Assembly: GCA_026418475.1 (NCBI GenBank)
Contig: JAOABG010000001.1
Coordinates: 7,342-71,341, forward strand
Origin: a bacterium
GTDB lineage: Bacteria > DRYD01
Direction of reading: 5' to 3'
DNA: 64,000 bases
In this document: piece by piece, positions 19,017 through 27,382 of the stretch
Numbering within the stretch: position 1 is the stretch's first letter
Layout: every line of letters begins with the position of its first letter
Position numbers and translations under genes: made by a program
The notes under the pieces: model-generated
Told to the model about the DNA's origin: nothing
What the model saw: only the letters and a program-made list of their open reading frames with translations
Databases searched by the model: none

Positions 19017-19889
19017 GTGGGTTCAATTTTTGTTATTCTTGCTATATTTCTCGCATCTATAGAACCAATAATAGTAAAATTTGGGTATAACTCATCTAAT
19101 ATAGATCCTTTATCAATTATACTTTTTAAAAATGTTATTGGGGGGTTGATAATTGTTCCTCTTACAACTCTCTTGGGAAATAGATTTAAAATTTTGAATT
19201 TACATGAAATATTAAGTATTTCAAGGGTTTCTGTTTTGTTGCTTTTTACTACTTCAATGATGATAGTTTCATTAAAATTCATACCTGCTGTTGTTATGCT
19301 TACCATCTTTACATCAACACCTGCTTTTGTTAGTATAATAAATCATATAAAAGGAAAAGAGAGAACTGATGTTATGTTTTGGAGTGGATTCCTGACAGCT
19401 TTCATTGGTATAACTCTATTGCTTGATATTTACAGTAAAGATTTTGTTTTCAATATGAAATTTTTTTTTGGTATTCTTTTGGCATTCTGTGGTGTCTTAT
19501 CTTCGAGCTTTTACAGGACTACCCTTGATGAGTTGACCAATAAATATACTCCAATTGTTGTTTCTACTTACATTTTTCTGATAAACTCAATTTTGATTAC
19601 AATTTTTTTTATTATTTTTAATCCATTGTTTGATTTTAATCAGCAGGGGGTAATGATAGGGATTTACGGGGGTATTGCTGGAACTTTGGCAAATATATCT
19701 TTCTTGTACGCTCTGAATATTCTTGGTTCCACAAAGGTTTCTGTTTTGAATATGCTACAACAGCCTACCGTGATCATTTTATCCTCCATTGTTTTAAAGG
19801 AAAACCTTAGTATACATCAAATATTGGGAATAGCTTTAGTTTTGATAGGTGTTAACTTAGCAGTGAAAAAAATAATAAAAATAAAATAA
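19017..19889 (+). CDS. EamA/DMT-superfamily transporter
   Basis: 290 aa, 10 TM, duplicated EamA-like halves. Confidence 0.65.
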   Translation: MGSIFVILAIFLASIEPIIVKFGYNSSNIDPLSIILFKNVIGGLIIVPLTTLLGNRFKILNLHEILSISRVSVLLLFTTSMMIVSLKFIPAVVMLTIFTSTPAFVSIINHIKGKERTDVMFWSGFLTAFIGITLLLDIYSKDFVFNMKFFFGILLAFCGVLSSSFYRTTLDELTNKYTPIVVSTYIFLINSILITIFFIIFNPLFDFNQQGVMIGIYGGIAGTLANISFLYALNILGSTKVSVLNMLQQPTVIILSSIVLKENLSIHQILGIALVLIGVNLAVKKIIKIK

Positions 19890-19890
19890 A

Positions 19891-20838
19891 TTAGGTTAAT
19901 ATTAGATTTTTGATCAGGTTCTCCAACTTTTGGTCCAATACCTCACGCGGTAGCAATTCTGCATAAAAATCATCAGTGATAAATACATTGTATTTATAAA
20001 ACTTTTTAAAGTATTCTATAAAACTTCTGATTTTTTGTAAATCTTCTAATAGAGTAGTATTTGTGTTAATAATCCCTAAAAATACGTTTTCAAAATTATT
20101 AAATATTGACAGATCTTTAATATTGTTTATTGGATTAGAATAAAAATTGATAGATATGCCATCTGCTTTGATCTTATCTATCATATCTATATTTTTTATT
20201 TTATTTTTTAGAAATAGGAATAGTTTAATGTTTGAATCTAAATTTATTTGGTTCATTTTATTGAAAAATTCAATCAAATGTTGAGTATCATTAACTTCGG
20301 TGTATTCTATGAAAGTTAACGCTAATTTATTATTAGATATTTTTTCCCATTCTTCTTGTATCATTATAGAGATCTCGATTAGTAAGTTATTGGAGTCTTT
20401 AATGGATAGGCTTGAATACTTTGTTAGTGTCAATGGGGAAGGTAAAGAAACGAGATAATTGAAATCTTTCATAATGTTGATCTTTAAGTACTCGGTTAGA
20501 TATTTGGAAAAATTTCGATTAATTGGATTTTCATGATTTGTTTTATTTAATTCTACTTCCAGTTTTCTCCAAAATATATTGGTTTCTTCAAATCTAATGA
20601 GTGTATTAGTGTATGAGTTTTCAATGAATGTAGAGAATGGTCTTATAAGATCCTGGTAATTAAATAAACCTGTTGAGTAAAATGGGGGATTTATACTTCT
20701 CTGAAATTGCAAAAAGTTATGAAACTCTTTTTCCAATTCATTTTGTAATTGGGTGTAATCTATTCTATTTCTATCAAAATCTCTTGTTTTTTGAATTAAA
20801 TTTTCTGATCTTGGATAGTTTCCTGTGATTACTATCAT
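19891..20838 (-). CDS. Hypothetical protein; weak resemblance to the MetE-like (cobalamin-independent methionine synthase) C-terminal fold, but with no Cys residues
   Basis: 315 aa. N-terminus 'VITGNYPRSENL' resembles MetE-family 'TT.GSYPR'. The zinc-ligand Cys residues are absent, so function is unknown. Confidence 0.4.
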   Translation of the reverse strand: MIVITGNYPRSENLIQKTRDFDRNRIDYTQLQNELEKEFHNFLQFQRSINPPFYSTGLFNYQDLIRPFSTFIENSYTNTLIRFEETNIFWRKLEVELNKTNHENPINRNFSKYLTEYLKINIMKDFNYLVSLPSPLTLTKYSSLSIKDSNNLLIEISIMIQEEWEKISNNKLALTFIEYTEVNDTQHLIEFFNKMNQINLDSNIKLFLFLKNKIKNIDMIDKIKADGISINFYSNPINNIKDLSIFNNFENVFLGIINTNTTLLEDLQKIRSFIEYFKKFYKYNVFITDDFYAELLPREVLDQKLENLIKNLILT

Positions 20839-20875
20839 TTTTCCTCCTTTTTTGTTCCCCTAATATTTTTAAGGG

Positions 20876-21537
20876 TCATGTACTTGTGTATAATATAACT
20901 GTATACTCTCCTTTTTCAGTTAGGTTTTTTTCATCTATATCTGATATTTTTGAAAAAATAACTTTTTGATTAATTTTAGTCAATTCATGTAATATGAGTA
21001 TAAAATTGTTTGGGAAGAAAGATTTTATCAGATTTATGCTTTTTCTTATTCTGTGACAGGATTCAAAAAATATAAAGCTTCTTACGAAAGATGGTGTTTC
21101 TTGAAAAATTTTTATATACTTATTTTTTTTGTCTAAGAAACCCATAAATACAAAAGGAGTATGTGGTATGGGACTTAACGATATAGCTGAGCACAAAGCA
21201 CTTGCACCAGGTATTATTTCTATTTCTATCTTATTATCTATGGCAAACTTTACTAGATTAATTGGAGGATCTTCTAAGTTTGGGCTACCTGCTGAACTTA
21301 TGAATCCAACTGTTTCATATTGATCCAGAAGTGATAACACTCTCTCTTTGTTTCTGTACCAATCTGATTCATGATATGTTATCATCTTTTTTTTTATATT
21401 GTAATGGTTGAGTATTTTAATAGTTTTTTGTGGATTTTCTGCTAATAAAAGTTCTACAACTTTAATTTTTTCCAAAAAATTTAGGGTTATATCTTTCAGA
21501 TTTCCTATTGGAGAGTTGAAGAGAATTAACTTGTTCA
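20876..21537 (-). CDS. rsmI: 16S rRNA (cytidine1402-2'-O)-methyltransferase RsmI; coordinates extended beyond the track ORF to include the conserved N-terminus
   Basis: The track ORF starts 'EKIKVVELL...ISSAGSPNLEDPP...IPGASA'. The same frame is open upstream to a TAG and reads 'LNKLILFNSPIGNLKDITLNFL', matching the RsmI N-terminal consensus (LYLVPTPIGNLEDIT). The start must therefore be a non-ATG codon (CTG/TTG/ATT region ~21520-21537). Confidence 0.7.
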
Positions 21538-21858
21538 GCTATACCACCACCAATGGTCTTTAGGATATTTGGCTCTATAATGGTTCAAATTTATGAACCT
21601 TTTTATTTCAGGTAGTATCTGCAACAGAATTTGATCATTTTCTTGTAAATCTTGTATAACTTTTTGGAATTCTTGATATAAACTGAAAGGGACTTCTTTT
21701 TTATTTTCATTAAAAAAATCTATTACATCCTGAATTTCACTTCTATACTGAAGAAAAAGAGGGGAATTATATTTATTTATTTTAGAGTTGACTATAAGCT
21801 TTTGATACTCTTCTATATACTCTTGTAGAATTTCTAAAGCTTCAAAATATGTTTGCAT
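21535..21858 (-). CDS. Hypothetical small acidic/aromatic protein
   Basis: 107-aa ORF between flotillin and rsmI on the same strand. Its 3' end overlaps the inferred rsmI start. No recognisable domain. Confidence 0.35.
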   Translation of the reverse strand: MQTYFEALEILQEYIEEYQKLIVNSKINKYNSPLFLQYRSEIQDVIDFFNENKKEVPFSLYQEFQKVIQDLQENDQILLQILPEIKRFINLNHYRAKYPKDHWWWYS

Positions 21859-21869
21859 GAAAATTAAAG

Positions 21870-21900
21870 AAGGGGGAGTTTAAAAAATCCCCCTTGGTTT
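21870..21900 (-). terminator. GC-rich hairpin (AAGGGGGA/TCCCCCTT, 8 bp stem, 10-nt loop) flanked by T/A-rich sequence on both strands
   Basis: It is the only strong GC hairpin in the flotillin 3' region and stands out against ~25% GC intergenic sequence. The downstream U-tract on the minus strand is imperfect. Confidence 0.4.
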
Positions 21901-21910
21901 TAAAATTTAT

Positions 21911-23803
21911 CTATTTTATTTGTGTTGTTCTTTGTTGTCCTAATTGTTGGCTTGGTAACTGAGAGGTTGTTTGAGTTGCTTGCTGTGTTTGTGATTGACC
22001 TGCTAAGTTTTTGATGATTTCTAATAAGTCAACACCGGTTATATTTTTTAATACTTCTGGAACTGTTGCTACTGTACCTGCTATATCTTTAGTTAGATTG
22101 GAGAATCCAGCTCCGTTTCCTCCTCCTATCATTATCACTTTTTCTACTTTATTCAATGGGTTAGCTACTTTTTCAGCTATATCTGGTAATTTTTCAATCA
22201 TTATTTCTGCTATAGCTGCACTGTTGTATATTCTCCAAGCTTCTGCCTTTTTCATCATTGCTTTTGCTATTGCCATACCCTGAGCTTCTGTTATTTCAGC
22301 TTCTGCTATACCTTTTGCTTTTATTGATTCAGCTTCAGCTTGACCGCTTAGTTTAATTTTCTCTGCCTCTGCTTGTGCCAATGCTATTTGTCTCATTTTT
22401 TCTGCTTCGGCTAATTGTTCTATTTTGAATCTCTCTGCTTCAGCAGGCTTTTTTACCGTTGCTTCCAATTCTTTTTCTTTCCTTTGAGCTTCCAAGTTCT
22501 GTAACTCTATTTGTTTTTCTTTCTCTGTTATGAAGTATGCCATATCTGCTTCTGCTTTTTTAGCTTCTGCTACTCTTCTTTCTTCAGAAACCCTTATATC
22601 TGCTTCTATTTGTGCTATTCTCTTTCTTTGATCAGATTCTGCTTCTTTTTCTGAAGCCTGAGCTTCTGCTTCAGCTGCTGCTTTTCTTGCTGCTGCCATC
22701 TGTTCAGCTTCCCTTGATTTGGCTTCAGCATCTTGTTGAGCCGTATATATTCTTTTATCTTTCTCTGTTTCTGCTTGTCTTTTAGCTATTTCTAAAGATT
22801 GCTCTAGTTCATAATTTTTGGCTGTTTTTTCTAATTCCGCTTGCTTCATTCTTGCTTGTGTTTCTTGTTCTTTTATTTGGGGAGCTACTCTGAATTCTAT
22901 GGCTTTCTCGGGGTCACCTATGTCCTTGATGGCAAAAGTGTCAAGAATCAATCCCATTTTTGCAAAGTCATCTTTTATAGCTTCTTCAACTTTTTTAACT
23001 ATTTCTTCTCGTTTATGTAATAGTTCTTCTAGGTTAACTGCAGCAATAACCTCTCTGGTTTTACCTTCTAATATTTCTCTTATACTTGCAATAACGGCTT
23101 CTGATTTTTGATTTAGGAACCTTTCTCCAGCCTTTTCTAAGTCACTGAGATTGAATTTTACAGCAGCTGTTGCGCTGACGCTTACGGGTATTTTATCTGC
23201 TGTTAATATTTTTGCAGTTGTGACATCTATTATTAAACTTGTTAATGCTAATTTTATTGATCCTGTTGGATCAAGCACGTCCTTTACTGTAAAAGCGTCT
23301 ATTCTTAACCCAAGTATTCCTAAATCTTTTGCAGCTGATTTGTTAACCTCTTGTATGAAAGCGTCTCTGTCATGTAGAAGCTGTTGAAGTCTTGTTTTAG
23401 CTATTACTTCTCTTGTATGACCTTCTAATATTTCTTTTATATTTTTGTCTATTTCTTGATCTGTTTTGCCTAAGAATCTTTCTGCTGCACTCAGTATGTT
23501 TGCTGTGTTTGATGAATCTATTTTTACTGTAGCAACTGCGTCCACTGCTAATGGAACTTTATCAAGAGTTAATATTTGTGGGCTTCTTATATCAATAATT
23601 CTTGCTTCCAATGACAATTCTTGTGCTGCTTGAACTAATGGAATGACAACTGTTCCCCCTCCAACCACTACTTTTCTACCCATACCAGTTATTATCAAAG
23701 CTTTGTTTGGTGGAACTTTCCTGTATAACGTTACCGTAAAGAAAAGAATGACAAAAATTACAGAAATTACCATCATTATTGCTATTACTGTTAAGAAATC
23801 CAT
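21911..23803 (-). CDS. Flotillin-like SPFH/band-7 protein with a long Ala/Glu/Lys-rich coiled-coil
   Basis: 630 aa. N-terminal TM, two SPFH-like segments, then 'AEAKSREAEQMAAARKAAAEAEAQASEKEAE...' flotillin-type repeats. Confidence 0.8.
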   Translation of the reverse strand: MDFLTVIAIMMVISVIFVILFFTVTLYRKVPPNKALIITGMGRKVVVGGGTVVIPLVQAAQELSLEARIIDIRSPQILTLDKVPLAVDAVATVKIDSSNTANILSAAERFLGKTDQEIDKNIKEILEGHTREVIAKTRLQQLLHDRDAFIQEVNKSAAKDLGILGLRIDAFTVKDVLDPTGSIKLALTSLIIDVTTAKILTADKIPVSVSATAAVKFNLSDLEKAGERFLNQKSEAVIASIREILEGKTREVIAAVNLEELLHKREEIVKKVEEAIKDDFAKMGLILDTFAIKDIGDPEKAIEFRVAPQIKEQETQARMKQAELEKTAKNYELEQSLEIAKRQAETEKDKRIYTAQQDAEAKSREAEQMAAARKAAAEAEAQASEKEAESDQRKRIAQIEADIRVSEERRVAEAKKAEADMAYFITEKEKQIELQNLEAQRKEKELEATVKKPAEAERFKIEQLAEAEKMRQIALAQAEAEKIKLSGQAEAESIKAKGIAEAEITEAQGMAIAKAMMKKAEAWRIYNSAAIAEIMIEKLPDIAEKVANPLNKVEKVIMIGGGNGAGFSNLTKDIAGTVATVPEVLKNITGVDLLEIIKNLAGQSQTQQATQTTSQLPSQQLGQQRTTQIK

Positions 23804-24019
23804 CTATTATCACCTCCATTCAAATTATTCGCAGTTTTACTTTATTCATAATTTATATATTTCGTGTTTCAGATTTTTATGCCTGTTTCCTTTTAATTAA
23901 GACGTTCCCTATAATTTTATATTCTCTATTATCTTATTTTGTTTTTATTGTTAATTATACTGCACGATATATTTGATTGTTTAGTTTTTAGTTTAATTAA
24001 TTTTGGTTTCTGAGGAATT

Positions 24020-24553
24020 TTATTTTGTTACTAATTCCATTTCCCAGTTTGGTGGACAGAATTTACCAGGATTATCAAAAACAAATTTGCAAGCTTTTAA
24101 TGTTCTTAATATTTCTTTCGTATTTCTACCTATAAGAAAATCATTTATGCACAGATGCATAATGGTTCCTTCGGGATTAATAATAACTGTACCTCTTCTT
24201 GTTAATCCTACACTTTCTTCGTATGTTCCTAACATAGATGTTAATGTATGTGTTGAGTCTGATATCATTGGGAATTGAATATTTTTCATTGATTCTGTTG
24301 ATTCTTTCCAAGCTTTCAGAGTATATACGCTATCTGTGCTTATGGACATGACTTCTGCTCCTAAATTTTTGAACTCTTCATAGATTTTTGAGAGTTCTAC
24401 AAGCTCGTCTTGACAAACTGATGTAAATGCTGCAGGGTGTGATACCAATACCAACCACTTGCCTTTTAAATCCTCTAAATTAATCTCTTTTATTTCTCCA
24501 CTGTGATATACTTTTACTTTGCAATATGGGAACTTCTGACCTACTTTTAACAT
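24020..24553 (-). CDS. Peroxiredoxin (AhpC/TSA/Bcp family)
   Basis: 177 aa. Peroxidatic Cys context 'HPAAFTSVCQDEL'. Strong RBS AAGGAGGT upstream. Confidence 0.8.
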   Translation of the reverse strand: MLKVGQKFPYCKVKVYHSGEIKEINLEDLKGKWLVLVSHPAAFTSVCQDELVELSKIYEEFKNLGAEVMSISTDSVYTLKAWKESTESMKNIQFPMISDSTHTLTSMLGTYEESVGLTRRGTVIINPEGTIMHLCINDFLIGRNTKEILRTLKACKFVFDNPGKFCPPNWEMELVTK

Positions 24554-24664
24554 TTTTTCTTACCTCCTTGTCTGACAGCTCATTTGATTTAATTTTGACC
24601 TCTAAGCACCGACGATATATATTTTGTTAAGGATTTTATTAAACCTTTTTTTATATTTTTATAT

Positions 24665-24735
24665 TTTTATTGATAAAAATCAATAAAAATAGAGAAAATT
24701 AGAAGAAGGTATATTTAAATTAAAATAGAAATCTT
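24665..24735 (+). promoter_or_regulatory. Putative promoter region for the orphan 5S rRNA gene
   Basis: TTGATA at ~24670 and TAAAAT/TATATT-like elements 15-30 nt upstream of the mature 5S 5' end. Exact -10/-35 not resolved. Confidence 0.3.
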
Positions 24736-24740
24736 ATTAT

Positions 24741-24859
24741 TGGCTGGTGCCAATAGCGGTGGGGAAACACCCGGCTCCATTCCGAACCCGGAAGTTAAGC
24801 CCACCTGCGCCGATGGTACTAACGGGGCGACCCAGTGGGAGAGTAGGTCGGTGCCAGCC
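24741..24859 (+). rRNA. rrf: 5S ribosomal RNA, isolated (no 16S/23S within the window)
   Basis: UGGCUGGUGCC...CCAUUCCGAACCCGGAAGUUAAGCC...GGGAGAGUAGGUCGGUGCCAGCC. Helix I termini are complementary, loop C/loop E consensus present, ~119 nt, ~62% GC. Confidence 0.85.
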
Positions 24860-24873
24860 TTCTTCTTAACAAA

Positions 24874-25500
24874 GTGAATATTAAACTCAAAAGTTTCTTC
24901 AATACCATAATACTTTCGCTTCTATCTCTAATTATATTTTACCTATTTGTCGATCTCTTACATACCGATTTGCCACCATATGCAATAGAACTTAACAGAG
25001 TAAAAACATATATATATTTTAACAAAAATCGAGAAAATCAAATAGAAATATATTCTTTTCTGGAGTACAAAGAAAAGTTTTTATTTAAATTACCTTTAAA
25101 ACCACAGGGAATATTTCTAAGTTTTCCTTTACTCAATTCCAATATAGAAAGTGTTATCCAATTTAAATATGGAGGTTTTGAAAATTTGATCCTAGAGACC
25201 AAAGATAATTATCCATCTGAAATTAGAGCCTATATAAACTATAATGACTTTCACAATAACTGCTTTATGTATATACAAGGAAAACTAAAAGAAAAAAATT
25301 TGTATATTCATTATTTTGATCTACCTTATTTTTGGTCTAGTAATGCTCTCATAGAACATGATTTAATAGTTAGTACAAAGGAAAATCTGATCGTTATGAA
25401 TATTTTACCTTACAAAATTGAAGACAGAAAGGATTATAAATTAATATCTGTTAAGAATATAAAAAAAGATAGATTATTTATCAGATTTGGGAGTGATTAA
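24874..25500 (+). CDS. Hypothetical membrane-anchored protein (N-terminal TM, ~170-aa extracytoplasmic domain)
   Basis: GTG start only 15 nt after the 5S 3' end, with no obvious RBS; the start is uncertain. No recognisable domain. Confidence 0.4.
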   Translation: MNIKLKSFFNTIILSLLSLIIFYLFVDLLHTDLPPYAIELNRVKTYIYFNKNRENQIEIYSFLEYKEKFLFKLPLKPQGIFLSFPLLNSNIESVIQFKYGGFENLILETKDNYPSEIRAYINYNDFHNNCFMYIQGKLKEKNLYIHYFDLPYFWSSNALIEHDLIVSTKENLIVMNILPYKIEDRKDYKLISVKNIKKDRLFIRFGSD

Positions 25501-25502
25501 TA

Positions 25503-26032
25503 CTGTTCTTTCTGTGTAACCCTTCGATAATTCTTGATGTCGGTATTGGTTGGGCAGGGGTTCCTTTTGGAATTATCGTACATTATTTTTTCTATCGCTA
25601 TCTCCATGAATTGTACATTAAAGAAAAGATAAGTAAAGAATTATATAGTAGAATAAAACTAGAAAAATGGTTTATCTTGGGCTATTTGGGTTCGATAATA
25701 TTTTTTTTGCCAGATTTCGCTATTCTTTTTGTTATTCCGGCTATTATGATGTTTATTTTCCCCTTCTATTTTACTTATAGTTTCCTGACTGTTTTAATTT
25801 CTAAGAATTTTTGGCATCCATTGGAGAGAAAACTTCTTCTTTATTATTATGGAGTTCCAACTTTCTTATAGTTTCTGGAATTTTGATGAAATTTGCCTTG
25901 TATCATAGTTTTTCCAATATAGTTTTTTACTATGCTAATTATTATATGTTAATTTTTATCATATTTTTTATCGTATTCTTTTTGGGGTTTCTAATTTTTT
26001 ATAATCTATCTAGAGTATCCAGAAAAAATTAA
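25503..26032 (+). pseudogene. Copy 1 of a tandem paralog family of small polytopic membrane proteins; frame-shifted near the C-terminus and carrying a CTG in place of the start codon
   Basis: The frame is open from 25497; 'LFFLCNPSIILDVGIGW...' aligns with 'MFFLCTPISFDEAGIRGW' of copy 2. A GGGAGTGA RBS sits 6 nt upstream of the CTG. The frame breaks at ~25866 ('GVPTFL*'), and the -1 frame continues with the conserved C-terminus (ORF 25811..26032). A 1-nt deletion relative to copy 2 ('ttaata' to 'ttata'). Confidence 0.5.
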
Positions 26033-26169
26033 TTCAGAGAAACATAATTAATCTGACTATTATTATAATTATGAAAAGTAAAAATTAAAGAGGGAATTTA
26101 TGGCTTTTATGAAGAAAGTATAAAATGAACATTAGCATAGACAATATAGATTATAAAGGGGGTATAGAA

Positions 26170-26730
26170 ATGTTTTTTTTATGTACTCCAATATCTTTTG
26201 ATGAAGCGGGTATTAGAGGTTGGGGAATAGTTTGGTTAGTAATTATTCTCTTTTGTATGCTAATATACCCATTTTTCTATGGTTTATTTACAATTTATTA
26301 TAAGAAAGGTAAGTTAGCTTATGCAACTATCAAAAGAGTGATGTACGAAAGTTTTTTTTATATCGGAATTTTGGGAGCTATTCCTCTGGCTGTGCCATCT
26401 TCTATTTTTCTTTGTAACTTTGGTTTAATTTTACCAATTCTAGCAATGTTTATGTTCCCAATTTACTTTACGTTTAGTTTTATTAATATACTTTTTTCTA
26501 AAGGAATTTATGAACCTTTTGAACGCAAGTTATTGTTGTTTTATTATTTTATCCCTACTTTTTTAATATTATTTTTAGGTATTTCTTCTAAGACTGCACT
26601 ATATGGTAGTGTATCAGATTTAATATTTTACTATAGCACTGAAAATCTGGCTTTTTTCTCATTTGTTCTCATTTTTCTTTTATTTTTATTTTGGATTTAC
26701 TATTCATTTTTTGGAACTATGAATCGTTAA
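26170..26730 (+). CDS. Copy 2 (intact) of the paralogous membrane-protein family; conserved motifs P(F/I)YFT(F/Y)SF and ERKLLL(F/Y)YYxxPTF
   Basis: Likely start is the ATG at 26170 (MFFLCTPIS) with AAGGGGGT RBS, rather than the track ORF start at 26125. About 186 aa, 4-5 TM. Confidence 0.6.
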   Translation: MFFLCTPISFDEAGIRGWGIVWLVIILFCMLIYPFFYGLFTIYYKKGKLAYATIKRVMYESFFYIGILGAIPLAVPSSIFLCNFGLILPILAMFMFPIYFTFSFINILFSKGIYEPFERKLLLFYYFIPTFLILFLGISSKTALYGSVSDLIFYYSTENLAFFSFVLIFLLFLFWIYYSFFGTMNR

Positions 26731-26784
26731 GAAATATTCGTTTTAACAAAAATTTAGTAATAATTTTTTAGGGGGTGAGGATTA

Positions 26785-27332
26785 GTGTTTTTTCTTTGTA
26801 CACCAATAAGTTTTGAAGATATAGGTGTTGGCTGTTTGGATGACTATTATTCTATTCTCATTAATTGTCCATCCAATTTTCTTCTATATTTTTTAGGAAG
26901 TATGTTAAAGATGGAAAAATAAGTGAAGAGATCTTAAATAGAATCAAATATAAGAAATTGATTGGTTGGGCTATTCTGGGTCCTTTTGGTCTTGCAGCTC
27001 CTATGTGTGCTATTTTCTTTATTTTACCTCTTTTTGTAATGATTGTTTCACCATTTTATTTTACTTTTAGCTTTCTTACTACTTTAATTTTAGAAAAACT
27101 TCATAGTTCATTTGAACGTAAGCTACTTTTATTTTACTACGCTATTCCTACTTTTTCCATAATAATTTTAGGGGTTATATTAAAACTCAGATTGTATGGT
27201 AACCTATCTGAATTGATATTTTACTACACTAATGATCATACAAAGGTTTTTTCGATTCTCTTTGTCTCATTTTTATTCTTATTTGTAATTTATTTTTATC
27301 TTTTTGGATCTGTGAGCTTGAAAAAGGAATAA
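26785..27332 (+). pseudogene. Copy 3 of the paralog family; GTG start with GGGGGTGAGG RBS. The N-terminal ~45 codons are broken by two frame changes, and an intact C-terminal ORF remains (26865..27332).
   Basis: Frame A reads VFFLCTPISFEDIGVG. A second frame reads VLAVWMTIILFSLIVHPIFFYIF* (matching copy 2 GWGIVWLVIILFCMLIYPFFYGLF). The track ORF 26865..27332 then carries the conserved SPFYFTFSF...ERKLLLFYYAIPTF core. Confidence 0.5.
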
Positions 27333-27382
27333 ATCAGTTTTTTTAAAAGGAACATCTTTTTTGAGGTATAATTCTAAATCAA

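Noticed and set aside
22011-23387. Plus-strand ORFs inside the flotillin gene (22011..22283, 22818..23111, 23151..23387)
   Set aside because: Antisense of the Ala/Glu/Lys-rich coiled-coil; Ser/Ala-rich low-complexity artefacts.
25503-27332. CRISPR-like periodicity in the tandem paralog region
   Set aside because: The repeats are ~600-nt protein-coding paralogs with diverged sequence, not short identical direct repeats with spacers. There are no cas genes in the window.
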